Assembly: GCA_003140935.1 (NCBI GenBank)
Contig: PLLJ01000011.1
Coordinates: 2,634 to 66,633 of the forward strand
From: Candidatus Omnitrophota bacterium
GTDB lineage: Bacteria > Omnitrophota > Omnitrophia > Omnitrophales > Aquincolibacteriaceae
Direction of reading: 5' to 3'
DNA length: 64,000 bases
Below the pieces are notes generated by a model. The model was not told the origin of the DNA and did no database searches. It saw only the letters and a program-made list of their open reading frames with translations. Position 1 is the stretch's first letter, and every line of letters starts with the position of its first letter. The translations under genes were made by a program, and so were the position numbers. Below, one piece after another: positions 28,226 through 37,717 of the stretch.

Positions 28226-29260
28226 CTAACCTTTGGCGAGAAGTTCGTTTACCTTGGCCATAACCGCAAAGGCATCGGCCACATAAAGCACATCAGCCTT
28301 TCCTTGGGCCCAGCCGCAATTGGCGTCCGTATTGATCGCACGGCGTTCGTTGATAAAACGCCAGCCGACCACATGCGGTTCTTCGCCGTGGCAGCAGGTA
28401 GAAAGACCTTTCGGATGGCGGGGCGTGGAGCCGGTCTGCCCGACCTGATTGAGATGGCTCATGAAGGAAAGCACCGCTTCCCCCTCCGACCCCTGGTCCA
28501 CGAGCGATTTGCTGCTCCCGAGCGACGCCTTGGCGTACTTTAAAAAATCGAGAATGTGTTTTTCGGCTTCCTTGGCATGAGTCTGGCCATCCGCCTGTTT
28601 CTTGGTCCATCCGGCGCCTGCGACAAGCAACACCACGGCATCCGGCCGGATGGTCTGGGCGTCCGCGGAAGGCGCTTCAACGCCCGTTACTTTTGTGCGC
28701 TTTTCCTTATCAGACACGATAACTGTAATGGCTTCCACTTTCGCGGAACCCTTGGCCCCCTGCCATGGCTGGAACACTCCGGAATCCACAGCGAGGATCC
28801 ATGGCCGCGCCGCGCGCGTCAAAGTCGCCATCATGCGTTGGCGATAATACCAGCGCTGGATCTGCAGGACACCGTCGGTGAACTGAATACCGCTCACATG
28901 CGTGTCGATCGCAGCCTTTAAACGGAACGCCGCACCGGGCAATGCCCTGGAAAAACGGGACGTTGCAGGGGCCACGAGGATTGTTGCGCCTGAAGCAGCC
29001 CCGATCGCCTCCAAAGCCTTAACATCCGTGGCGTAGCGTGAGACTCCGAAATCGGCGCCGCTTACGCCGAACATTTTTGCGGCACCACAGGACGCGATCG
29101 AATCCGCGGCAGCTTGGACGTTTCCCCCGACGAGACCGACCGAAAGCGTGGAACCCGCGAGACCTTTTTGGATCTCAAGCGCCGCGTTTAGCGTTTCGAA
29201 CGCGCTCTTTGGGAGAAGGCCGTTTGCATCCGTATGAGCTAAAAAGAGTATTTTTTCCAT
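28226..29260 (-). CDS. etfA: Electron transfer flavoprotein alpha subunit (divergent)
   Basis: Motifs QVGQTGS, RAINTD and ADVLYVADA; adjacent to etfB. Confidence 0.82.
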   Translation of the reverse strand: MEKILFLAHTDANGLLPKSAFETLNAALEIQKGLAGSTLSVGLVGGNVQAAADSIASCGAAKMFGVSGADFGVSRYATDVKALEAIGAASGATILVAPATSRFSRALPGAAFRLKAAIDTHVSGIQFTDGVLQIQRWYYRQRMMATLTRAARPWILAVDSGVFQPWQGAKGSAKVEAITVIVSDKEKRTKVTGVEAPSADAQTIRPDAVVLLVAGAGWTKKQADGQTHAKEAEKHILDFLKYAKASLGSSKSLVDQGSEGEAVLSFMSHLNQVGQTGSTPRHPKGLSTCCHGEEPHVVGWRFINERRAINTDANCGWAQGKADVLYVADAFAVMAKVNELLAKG

Positions 29261-29264
29261 GGGG

Positions 29265-30074
29265 CTAGCCCTTTATCCAGGTTACGATTTCTTTGGCGAT
29301 CTCTTCAACCGGCGTATCTTTGACGATGCGCGTCTGGCGTTGCTGCTTCGGCAGCTCGACCGAAGCGAATTTAATCGCACCGGTTTTGAGCGCGGCCGGT
29401 TGCGCCTTCTGAAGGGCCGGCATAATGGTACGCATATTCGTCATCCCGACTTGCGGATTGTTCGGAGGTTCCGGAAGATTTCCGGTCGCCCACCCGATCA
29501 CGGCCGGAGCCCCGGCACACGTGGAGACCTGATACTGCCCGCCTTCGATACGCTCAAGGATCCTGAAAGAACCGTCCGGCTGGACCTTGAGCTCGTCGGC
29601 CGAAAGAAATACGTCACTGATCCCAAGCTGTTCGGCAATCATTTGCATCGTAGTGCCCGCGTCACGCGAAGCGGAGGAACAGCCTCCAAAGACGAGAAGT
29701 TTCGTTTTGTCAAGCCCCGGGATCTTCTCGATCGCGCCGGCAAGCGCCACCGCAACCTCCCGGGAATCCATAAAACCGCTCGCGGAACCGTCGAGGCACA
29801 CGAGTTCAAACGGAACCTTTTGGGCAATAATCATCATGAGCTGCTGGAGCTTAGCTTTGGGCCCGAGACTTATAAGTGTTACTTTGCTTCCCGGGTTCTG
29901 TTTGGCGAGATTAGCGGCCTCAAAAAGGGAATGCCCTGCCCACGGATCAAGCACCGAAGGCAGCATCATTTCATTCTTAAGAGCGGGTCCCATCGGTCCC
30001 TGGATCGGCTCTAGCGTTTGGAGCGGGTCCGGCACCAGACTCCCGCAGACTACAATATTAAAAGCTGTGGTCAT
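29265..30074 (-). CDS. etfB: Electron transfer flavoprotein beta subunit (divergent)
   Basis: Motifs VVCGSLVPDP, ISLGPK and ERIEGG; upstream of etfA; AGGAGG-like RBS. Confidence 0.78.
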   Translation of the reverse strand: MTTAFNIVVCGSLVPDPLQTLEPIQGPMGPALKNEMMLPSVLDPWAGHSLFEAANLAKQNPGSKVTLISLGPKAKLQQLMMIIAQKVPFELVCLDGSASGFMDSREVAVALAGAIEKIPGLDKTKLLVFGGCSSASRDAGTTMQMIAEQLGISDVFLSADELKVQPDGSFRILERIEGGQYQVSTCAGAPAVIGWATGNLPEPPNNPQVGMTNMRTIMPALQKAQPAALKTGAIKFASVELPKQQRQTRIVKDTPVEEIAKEIVTWIKG

Positions 30075-30172
30075 ATTTCCTCCCCTATGAGTAAAAAGTG
30101 CTTAGAAGGCGGACATTATAATGACGGTGCTCTGTTTCGGCCAGCGGAAAAAAGGCCTTAAATCCAAGCAGG

Positions 30173-30940
30173 CTATTTTTCAATTTTTTGGATCGCTTCC
30201 CTGGCATCGGCCTCAAAACGGAACTTCAGGAAATCCTCACTCTCCGGCAACTGCATGAAAAATCCATGGCTCTTATCTATTTGAATGCGAAGTCCTTCCC
30301 CTTGAAGATCAAGCACATGCCCGCCGTGGGTCTTGTCTTTGCTTAAAAAATGAAAATGATACCCTGGGACATTGATCCCCTCCGTGTAAGGCGGAAACCG
30401 AAATCCTACTAGAGTCCCTTCCTGATTCTTAAGTTCAAAAATCTTCTGCTCCTTGATCGCTTCGGTCAGGACCGGAAAAGGCTTCTTTTGACGGACCGCG
30501 CTACGAACCTTGAGCGAAGAGAATTTTCCATCGATTTTGATCGCATAGATCAGATTCTCCGACGGAATGTTTTTATCAAGGAATTCTACGAGCTCCTTGT
30601 AACTCATTGTCCGCCCCGGGGATAAATCCTGTCCGGCTTTGAAAAATGTCAAGGTCGCGAAAGGGCTGGTGTTTTGATCGCTTAAAAGATATGCCTTTCC
30701 GTCCTGTTTTATTTGGTAAAAAACATGATCCAGGACGACCATTTCTCCGTCGAGCGCATCGAGGGTCCCGATGCCGAAATCACCATGCTTTTCAAGGTCG
30801 CGCACGCTCATCGTGCCGTCGTAGCATCCCGCCAGAAGAGCATGGATGGGGGCATTTTGAAAAACAACATCTTTGGGGCATGAGGCATGGACGCAACCTG
30901 ATGCGAATAGAAGCGCGAGGAGTAAAGAGGCCTTCTTCAT
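30173..30940 (-). CDS. budA: Alpha-acetolactate decarboxylase (predicted lipoprotein)
   Basis: Motifs HGDFGIGT..LDGEM, PFA, NVPGYHFHF and GGHVLD; N-terminal MKKASLLLALLFASGC lipobox. Confidence 0.9.
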   Translation of the reverse strand: MKKASLLLALLFASGCVHASCPKDVVFQNAPIHALLAGCYDGTMSVRDLEKHGDFGIGTLDALDGEMVVLDHVFYQIKQDGKAYLLSDQNTSPFATLTFFKAGQDLSPGRTMSYKELVEFLDKNIPSENLIYAIKIDGKFSSLKVRSAVRQKKPFPVLTEAIKEQKIFELKNQEGTLVGFRFPPYTEGINVPGYHFHFLSKDKTHGGHVLDLQGEGLRIQIDKSHGFFMQLPESEDFLKFRFEADAREAIQKIEK

Positions 30941-30986
30941 GCCTTTAAAATCCGTGGGTCTTGGAATGAAGACCGCCGGGGATAAC

Positions 30987-31367
30987 TCAAGAACCGACCA
31001 GAGGAAGCTCTTTTTCGAGTTTGAAAATGACGAGATAACGGTCCTTACCGTCCGATTCTTTCTCTTCATCGCAAAGACAGCTGCGGCGCATCTTCTTCAG
31101 GCGCTCGGAATTCTTTTCTTCGGAGACTTTTTTCAAAAAGAGCCGCTTGCCCTGATGGAGCCCCTGGGATTCGATGAAGAGATATGCCACGTAAGGATTG
31201 GACTGAAGATTGTGATGCGTCAAGCGGTCCGGCATAATGAAGCCCATCGTTCCGTCTTCGAGAAAATGCGGACGGGCATAAATGGCGGCATCCACTTTGC
31301 CGGAACTGTCTGCGGTCGCAAGTACGCCGGTACCTTTCGTTCGCTCAAAATATTCTCGAAGATCCAT
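30987..31367 (-). CDS. Pyridoxamine 5'-phosphate oxidase-like (split barrel) protein
   Basis: Motifs GVLATAD..G.VDAAIYARPH and THHNLQSNP. Confidence 0.8.
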   Translation of the reverse strand: MDLREYFERTKGTGVLATADSSGKVDAAIYARPHFLEDGTMGFIMPDRLTHHNLQSNPYVAYLFIESQGLHQGKRLFLKKVSEEKNSERLKKMRRSCLCDEEKESDGKDRYLVIFKLEKELPLVGS

Positions 31368-31414
31368 GGGTATCTCCTTTGCGTTTTTAAAGACTGCTGC
31401 GGAACAATGTGCCT

Positions 31415-33268
31415 CTAATTGATATTCGAATGTAGCCCGCCGGAGCCGGCGCGGAAATCGACGTTGGTGAGATCGCTACCCTCTTCACGCGCGTAAGCGC
31501 AATTCCAAAAACAGGCGCCGCAGTGGATACATTTTTCGCGATCGAAAAGCGGAACGCCGCCGTCGGAGTTAGCCGTGATGGCCTGACCGGAACACATCTC
31601 GATACACACCTTGGTCCGGCATTTCTGGCACTTGCCGGCATCCATGAAAATAACATGGTCCGCGTATCCTTCCGCCGCCTGGACCTTGCCGCCTAAAAGA
31701 AGCGCGTCCTGGTGGGAAATAAGAAGCTTGCCATCGTACTGGACTTCCGGCCATCCCGCCGCGTCCATCAAGGCGTCATGCATCGAAGTGTTCGTTTCAT
31801 TCGCTTCCTTGCGTGCCTTCTCGATCACTTCGGCGGAAACCTTACCTTGGTAATAGGCCTCCAACGAAGGAATGCGTTTATAAACAGGCTTGAGTTTCGC
31901 GGGGATATTGAGAAGTCCGTTCGTGAACCCCGCCATTCCCATCCCCATCATGCCCAGCACGAAATTATGACTGAAACCATCGCGCGCTTTTTTCGCGATC
32001 CGGTTATCTTTTTCGATCCAGCTCGCGCGGCGCTTCTTCAAATACGTCGCTTCGAGATTTTCCTTGGTAAAGGACTTCTTTTCTTTAAGCAATTCGATCA
32101 CGCCTTCCGCAAGCTGAACGCCCGTGGTCCACGCTTCATCCACGCCGGAACCTTTGAGCATATTGGTGCTGCCAGACCCTTCGCCGATACGGGCAAAGCC
32201 GTCGCCCACGATAAAAGGCTCCCCGCGCATACCGGCTTCCTGCAAACTTTTCCCGCCCCATGATTTCAGGGTCGCGCCTTGCAAATGTTTCCAGAGCTTG
32301 GGATGCTGCATCCAGTGCTGTAGGTAACGGTAGGCGGAACGCATGGGATTATCCAGCCAGGACGGAACGAAGATCCCGAGCGACGCCATGCGCTGGGGAT
32401 ACACGTAAAGAAAACCAAAGATCTCCGGTTCCGGAAAACCGAATGTGTGAATGACCGTACCCGCTTCAAGCGCGGTATTTTCAGGCAGTTCTACCACGGC
32501 TTTCATGCCCAGTGCCCATTCGCGCTGATGATTTCCTTCCGGAAGCCCGAACTTCATGTCAAGACTCTGCCCCACAGGGCCATAGGGCCCGTCCCCCACA
32601 ACCGTGAACCCCGCATGGATATCCATACCGGGCATGAAGGCCCCGGTGGGTTTTCCGGATTTCTCAACACCCTGGTCCACCAGCCTAACGCCGGAAACAC
32701 GGTTTGAATCAAAGAGCGGTTCCTTCACCGGCATCCCGGGCCACACTTGTACAAGCCCGAAGTCCATGAGGCTCGACCCAAGCCACTGCGTGAACTGGCC
32801 CATCGAAAGCACCCAACCGCCGTGCTTGGCCATAAAAGGCGGGATAAAAGGCAGCTGGAACGCGTGATCTTTATACCAAGGGAGGATAAAACCAAAGGTG
32901 CGGAAAAGCCAATCGACGAATTTTAAAACCCAGGAACGCCGGCTCGCGCCCACGGGATCAAGAAGATAATAAACTTCCTCGTGTTTCACCGGATGCGCCA
33001 TCGGAACTTGGGAAAGCTCTTCGGCCGTGAAAGCGGCCTTGATCCCCTTCGCCTCGGTCACGATCCCCGAAACGCCGAATCCGATGTCATCCGCCCGCTC
33101 GTAGCAGATCACCTGGAGCGGCATGCCCGGCATCACCTTGCTTTGAAAATGCTCGGCTGCGGGGTCCTGCTGCATGGCACGGGTCAAGGTGTTCAAAAAT
33201 CCGGCCGTCGCGGGTCCGAATCCCACACAAACGACGTCTACATCCATTTTTTGGCGGTCTGTGGTCAT
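31415..33268 (-). CDS. Divergent ETF:quinone oxidoreductase-like flavoprotein with C-terminal ferredoxin
   Basis: Motifs VCVGFGPA, WALGMK, WGGKSLQE, CQKCRTKVCIEMC and REKCIHCGACFWNC; AGAGG RBS before ATG 33268. Confidence 0.82.
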   Translation of the reverse strand: MTTDRQKMDVDVVCVGFGPATAGFLNTLTRAMQQDPAAEHFQSKVMPGMPLQVICYERADDIGFGVSGIVTEAKGIKAAFTAEELSQVPMAHPVKHEEVYYLLDPVGASRRSWVLKFVDWLFRTFGFILPWYKDHAFQLPFIPPFMAKHGGWVLSMGQFTQWLGSSLMDFGLVQVWPGMPVKEPLFDSNRVSGVRLVDQGVEKSGKPTGAFMPGMDIHAGFTVVGDGPYGPVGQSLDMKFGLPEGNHQREWALGMKAVVELPENTALEAGTVIHTFGFPEPEIFGFLYVYPQRMASLGIFVPSWLDNPMRSAYRYLQHWMQHPKLWKHLQGATLKSWGGKSLQEAGMRGEPFIVGDGFARIGEGSGSTNMLKGSGVDEAWTTGVQLAEGVIELLKEKKSFTKENLEATYLKKRRASWIEKDNRIAKKARDGFSHNFVLGMMGMGMAGFTNGLLNIPAKLKPVYKRIPSLEAYYQGKVSAEVIEKARKEANETNTSMHDALMDAAGWPEVQYDGKLLISHQDALLLGGKVQAAEGYADHVIFMDAGKCQKCRTKVCIEMCSGQAITANSDGGVPLFDREKCIHCGACFWNCAYAREEGSDLTNVDFRAGSGGLHSNIN

Positions 33269-33283
33269 ATGAAAACCTCTTTT

Positions 33284-33346
33284 GTACAGAGTACGGCGTT
33301 CCGCGTACGGCATAAAATCTTTTTCGCCGTACCCCATACGCCTTAC
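33284..33346. repeat. Inverted heptamer tandem repeat
   Basis: GTACAGA GTACGGC GTTCCGC GTACGGC, spacer, then GCCGTAC CCCATAC GCCTTAC. Confidence 0.7.
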
Positions 33347-33352
33347 TAGTTT

Positions 33353-35461
33353 TTAGAGAGGATAATCGAGCGCTTCCGGGATCATGACTTGCGCGACGGC
33401 TTCCGCAGCGCGATCCTTGGAAAAGCGCAGCCCTGAGAAACAGGCGTCGGTCTTCGCGCGCAACTCCGCGAAAGCCTTAAGTTCCGGACTCACCGTGGAG
33501 CAGCAATCGCTCGAAGCCTGATAGCCATAAATGAGATCGGCGCAGATTTTTCCGACTTCGCCCGCGGCCCGCGCGGACTGAACACCGCTCAGATCTGAGT
33601 AGAAATTCACCATGCCGGCAAGACCTTCCGCGAGCGTGGGATTCTCCGGACCTTTTTTCTCGAGCTCAAGAGTATCAAGGATGAGCTGGCGCGCGCCCAG
33701 GAGCCACGCGAGAGCATCGGTCATCGGAAACATCACGCCCTGGCGTTGCCCGCCATACAGTGTTTTCCCGTTCACGTCCTTGTGGGTCTGGAGATACTCA
33801 AGCGACCAGAGCCAAAGCTCCATCGCCCCGGCGAGGGCGCAGGCGCCCATTTCCGGTTTCCGCTTCGCGAGTTCCCGAAGATCCTTGATCCAGTTCTTGA
33901 ACTGGGCAAGAAAGATCTCGTTGACCATTGTCAGACTCAATTGGCGGCGTTGGACGCATTCCGGACCTTCATACGTCGCCTCAAGCTGGGCATCCGACCA
34001 TTTCTGTGTCAGGAATCCGGGACAATCTTCCGTGATGCCGTAACCGCCCATCAAACTCACGGCTTCGCGCATCATCGTGGCGCCATAGCCCGTATTCCAG
34101 AGCTTTCCCGCAGGACAGTACACGTCAGCGAGTGATTCCTTGATAAGGTACTGGACCAGAAGATCGCTTTCTAATTCCGCGATCCGCTTCACGTCACGCT
34201 TGGCCTCGGGCTTCGCCATGAGTTCGATATATTCGAGCGCTTTCTTGCGCGGTCCCATAAAGGCCTTCATCTGCGCGCGGGCGCCTTTGATCCCCTGTTC
34301 GTTGAAGATCTTATCCTTTTCGTGCTCCATCACATCGAAGGCATCGAAAAGCCGGGCTCCTTCGAACCCGAGAGACGCGCCCGCTTCCCCGGTCGCCCAA
34401 ACATCGACCAGACGGTGGCAGGGGTCCTCTTTCTGTTGAATGCCGAGATCATAGCGCGGAGTCCCCGGAGTGGCTGATTCCCCGCCGCGAAAACGCGTGC
34501 GTTGATAGCGGATCACGGGTTCGATCGCGGAAAGAAGCTTCGCGGTGGTCATGATCCCCACGGTCACGCGCGTGCGGCGGAATACCGCTTCGATCACTTC
34601 GCTGTTGCTGAAATTCGGAATGATCACACCGTCCTTCACCGTGTACCCGCCGATGATGCGGCTGGCCGGGACCTTCAGGTTAAAGATCGGATCATGCGTG
34701 CTGGAAAGCTGGTGCACAAGCTTCAGGGTCGGGGCACCGCGGTCATAAAGTCCGGGGTCATTTTCCTCGAGGATCACCATGCAGCTTGATTTGATACGGG
34801 GATCATCGCTATCCACGGAGGCGGTCACGAAATTCGCATAGCCCATATTGGTGATGAAACGGCCGCGCTTTTCGACCTGAAGGACCGGCTCCTTACCTTC
34901 TTTCCATTCCGCGATACGGATACGTCCGGAAAGCATGCCGGCGTCCACGCCGACATAAGGAAGCGGTTCCGTAAGCGCGAACGATCCCCGGATTATTTTC
35001 CGGTTCTCTCCGGGTTTCGGAGGAACGCATCCGCCCATATATTTCTGGATCTGCTCGGGAGTGCCTTTCTCGTGGATCGGCTCGAGCGCGAGGTTGTTCG
35101 CAAGGCTCGCCGTCGCGGCGCCGGCATCCACCCAGCAGAGTTCAAAAGCGATCATCGCGAGCACCAGGTTCTTCGGACCGGAGATATAACCTCCCTGCTC
35201 CGGTTCTATAAAAGCGGCCGTGATCCCCGCCTCGTCAAAAGCTTTGAGCATGGCGGCCTTCTCGGGCGTCCACTCATGGGTGTGGCGCTGCTTATCGGCC
35301 ACCATACGCGCAACAACTCCGCGCGCTACGGAGCGGGTGGACTGGACCACCATCTGAAGGTCATAACGGTCCGTAAACCGCCACATGATCTGGCGGACAT
35401 CGTCCCCAGGAAGCGTGCTCATTAAAGCTCTTTTCTCGGCATTGGCAGTACTCATGGACAT
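33353..35461 (-). CDS. Large acyl-CoA dehydrogenase family protein
   Basis: Motifs FALTEP, GRFITN, REAVSLMGGYGITED and ATYEGPECVQ; 702 aa. Confidence 0.9.
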   Translation of the reverse strand: MSMSTANAEKRALMSTLPGDDVRQIMWRFTDRYDLQMVVQSTRSVARGVVARMVADKQRHTHEWTPEKAAMLKAFDEAGITAAFIEPEQGGYISGPKNLVLAMIAFELCWVDAGAATASLANNLALEPIHEKGTPEQIQKYMGGCVPPKPGENRKIIRGSFALTEPLPYVGVDAGMLSGRIRIAEWKEGKEPVLQVEKRGRFITNMGYANFVTASVDSDDPRIKSSCMVILEENDPGLYDRGAPTLKLVHQLSSTHDPIFNLKVPASRIIGGYTVKDGVIIPNFSNSEVIEAVFRRTRVTVGIMTTAKLLSAIEPVIRYQRTRFRGGESATPGTPRYDLGIQQKEDPCHRLVDVWATGEAGASLGFEGARLFDAFDVMEHEKDKIFNEQGIKGARAQMKAFMGPRKKALEYIELMAKPEAKRDVKRIAELESDLLVQYLIKESLADVYCPAGKLWNTGYGATMMREAVSLMGGYGITEDCPGFLTQKWSDAQLEATYEGPECVQRRQLSLTMVNEIFLAQFKNWIKDLRELAKRKPEMGACALAGAMELWLWSLEYLQTHKDVNGKTLYGGQRQGVMFPMTDALAWLLGARQLILDTLELEKKGPENPTLAEGLAGMVNFYSDLSGVQSARAAGEVGKICADLIYGYQASSDCCSTVSPELKAFAELRAKTDACFSGLRFSKDRAAEAVAQVMIPEALDYPL

Positions 35462-35515
35462 TGATTCCTTTCGATTGATGTTGCGCTATGAGATCAAACC
35501 CCGAAGAGGGGATTA

Positions 35516-35602
35516 TAGTCCCAATTCTTATCAATTTCAGAGAATCTGAAATTGGGGCAATCCTTGCCAACCCTTTAGGAAAAGAATGAAAGACAAGGAT
35601 AG
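35516..35602 (-). repeat. 87 bp double-hairpin element, copy 3
   Basis: Reverse complement ctatccttgtc..ggcaaggattgccccaatttcagattctctgaaattgataagaattgggacta; the right ~57 nt differ from copy 1 at one position. Confidence 0.93.
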
Positions 35603-35719
35603 GACCTACTTCGCAGAAACAAAGTTACGTTATCTTATTCAGAGAAGACCTATGAGGCAAGGGGAAAAACGGGAGAAAAAGGTCTGTATTTGGCGCCGTC
35701 AAGCCGTGTGTATTTGCCC

Positions 35720-36331
35720 TCATTTTCCAGGGTTCCCGGCGACCGGACCGTCACAAATAATGGCGCGCCGTCTCAATTCGAAGAAACATTTCGCACAGCA
35801 AAGCACGTCGGACGCCGCATTGTGTTGATCCTCAAAATCCGCATCGAACAGTTTGATGTGAAGTTCGGATAATTTCGGCCACTTGTCACCATAAGGCCCC
35901 GGGATCTTGCAATATTTCGTCGAGTTTTTCATCGTGCATATTTTCTGGTGGGCCGGGACCGGCTGCAACACATCCGGCATTTCCTGGCGCAAAAGTTCCA
36001 CCTGGACCATTTTTTCATCGAAATCCATATTATGTGCCACAAGGCACGCGGCCCCACGGACCGCCTCAGAAAATTCCCTCAAAACCTTTGCGACCAGCCG
36101 CCCTTCTTTCAATGCCCTTTCGGTACTGATGCCATGGATCACCGTCGCGCTTTCGGGGATCACAAAACCTTCCGGTTTGATGATGTGATTGTGAAGCGCG
36201 ATCTGCGTCCCGTTCTCGTTGAAAAACGCCCAAGCGATCTGAACGATGTGCGGCCAGTTCCCGAGATCGGAAACAGGGGCCCTCCAACTTTTCGGCAATC
36301 CGGTCGTTTCCGTATCAAAAAAAAGATACAT
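35720..36331 (-). CDS. DEDDh 3'-5' exonuclease (DnaQ-like)
   Basis: Motifs FFDTETTGLP, IHGIS, VAHNMDFD and QHNAASDV. Confidence 0.9.
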   Translation of the reverse strand: MYLFFDTETTGLPKSWRAPVSDLGNWPHIVQIAWAFFNENGTQIALHNHIIKPEGFVIPESATVIHGISTERALKEGRLVAKVLREFSEAVRGAACLVAHNMDFDEKMVQVELLRQEMPDVLQPVPAHQKICTMKNSTKYCKIPGPYGDKWPKLSELHIKLFDADFEDQHNAASDVLCCAKCFFELRRRAIICDGPVAGNPGK

Positions 36332-36333
36332 TT

Positions 36334-37104
36334 TTATGCCTCCTGAACCGGGATGCGTTTCCCGGCATGACAATAATAGATCTCGGGCAAGGTCCCCTGA
36401 CGGGACTGTTTTTCCTTCTCGAGCCAGGCGCGCATCCTTTGTTGTTGAACCTCATGAGCCGGATCCCAGACGGGAGTAAGACTAAGATCATGCACGATAT
36501 AGAGCGCGTTGGGTTCGTTGCCGCTTTCACTCAGAAACTTCTTCATAAACAAGTCTAACTGCCCTCCCGGACTTTTTTTCTTTACACCCTTCCCGGTCAA
36601 AGCTTCCCTGACGCTGGCTTCGGTAACATCCGTTGAAAAAGACATGGCAGGTTCCTGACTGAAGAATTCCACGTGCGTTTTTACTTCGATCTTACCCCAA
36701 TCGGCAGGCGCGCGATAATGCAAGAGAGCAAAAAGCTGTCCGTAGCGAATGAGCGCTTTTTGGTCCGGCCCGAGGCTTCTGGCATGGTTCATGATCAGCC
36801 GGCTCAGCGCTTTGGGATCAAAATTCCGAACGCCCTCTCGAATGTCCACGGAAAAGACGTCGAAACCGAAGAATCCGCGCATAGTGTTTTGCGTAAGAGT
36901 CATCGTATGCTCTAAAACATCTTGGAATGATTGCCAGGCCATCTTTTCTTCTTTGGAAATGATCGAGGCAAGGTAAAGAGGACGCGCGCCCGTTTCTTCC
37001 GTCACTTCAAATCGGAGGATCTTGGGCGTCAGCTCTTTTTGGTAAACGATCGCCTTCCAGGAAGGAAATCCGGAAAAAATATTTGCGGCTAAAAGATCTT
37101 TCAC
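36334..37104 (-). CDS. Hypothetical protein
   Basis: ORF fills the gap between thiF and the exonuclease gene with tight spacing; GTG start estimated; no recognised motif. Confidence 0.6.
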   Translation of the reverse strand: MKDLLAANIFSGFPSWKAIVYQKELTPKILRFEVTEETGARPLYLASIISKEEKMAWQSFQDVLEHTMTLTQNTMRGFFGFDVFSVDIREGVRNFDPKALSRLIMNHARSLGPDQKALIRYGQLFALLHYRAPADWGKIEVKTHVEFFSQEPAMSFSTDVTEASVREALTGKGVKKKSPGGQLDLFMKKFLSESGNEPNALYIVHDLSLTPVWDPAHEVQQQRMRAWLEKEKQSRQGTLPEIYYCHAGKRIPVQEA

Positions 37105-37108
37105 GGTG

Positions 37109-37717
37109 CTATTTTCCAGCCACGAATTCGAGCACCACATCCGCTTGTTTCGCCGCGGCAATATGGACCCGGGGCGATAAAGCAGGGGCTTTCTCGATGT
37201 CGGACGCAAGGTCTCCGATCAGAATAAGGTTCGCTTTCAACTTGTGCACCTTCACGGCATCGCTGGAGCCGTATCCTCCAAGCCCGGAAGCAGAGACGAT
37301 CAATTTCCCGGTCGGGAGCATTCCGGCCACGAGCATGCTCTTGGCCTCGGCCCGGTCAAGACACTCCACGATAACGTCGCAGTCCCGGAATATTTCCTGG
37401 ATATTGGCCAGCTCCAGTTTCACCGGGAACATTTGAAGTTCAAGCCCCGGATTGATGCGGAGGAGATTAGTCCGCAAGGCCTCGACTTTTTTCATCCCGA
37501 CCTGGTCTTCGAAATAGAATTGCCGGTCCAAGTTGGAAGGATCGACGCGGTCGAAATCCACGAGCGTAAAATGCTTGAAACCGACCCGGACGAGACAGGC
37601 CGCGCAATTGGAGCCCAAACCGCCTGCACCCGCAATGCCGATCTTTGCTTTTTCGATCTTTGTGAACTTCGTTTCGCCGAGCTTTTCAATGAGATTCCGC
37701 CGGAACGCGTCCATCAT
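37109..37717 (-). CDS. thiF: Sulfur carrier protein ThiS adenylyltransferase
   Basis: Motifs IGIAGAGGLGSN, DFDRVDPSNLDRQ and ECLDRAEAK; located in the thi cluster. Confidence 0.92.
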   Translation of the reverse strand: MMDAFRRNLIEKLGETKFTKIEKAKIGIAGAGGLGSNCAACLVRVGFKHFTLVDFDRVDPSNLDRQFYFEDQVGMKKVEALRTNLLRINPGLELQMFPVKLELANIQEIFRDCDVIVECLDRAEAKSMLVAGMLPTGKLIVSASGLGGYGSSDAVKVHKLKANLILIGDLASDIEKAPALSPRVHIAAAKQADVVLEFVAGK

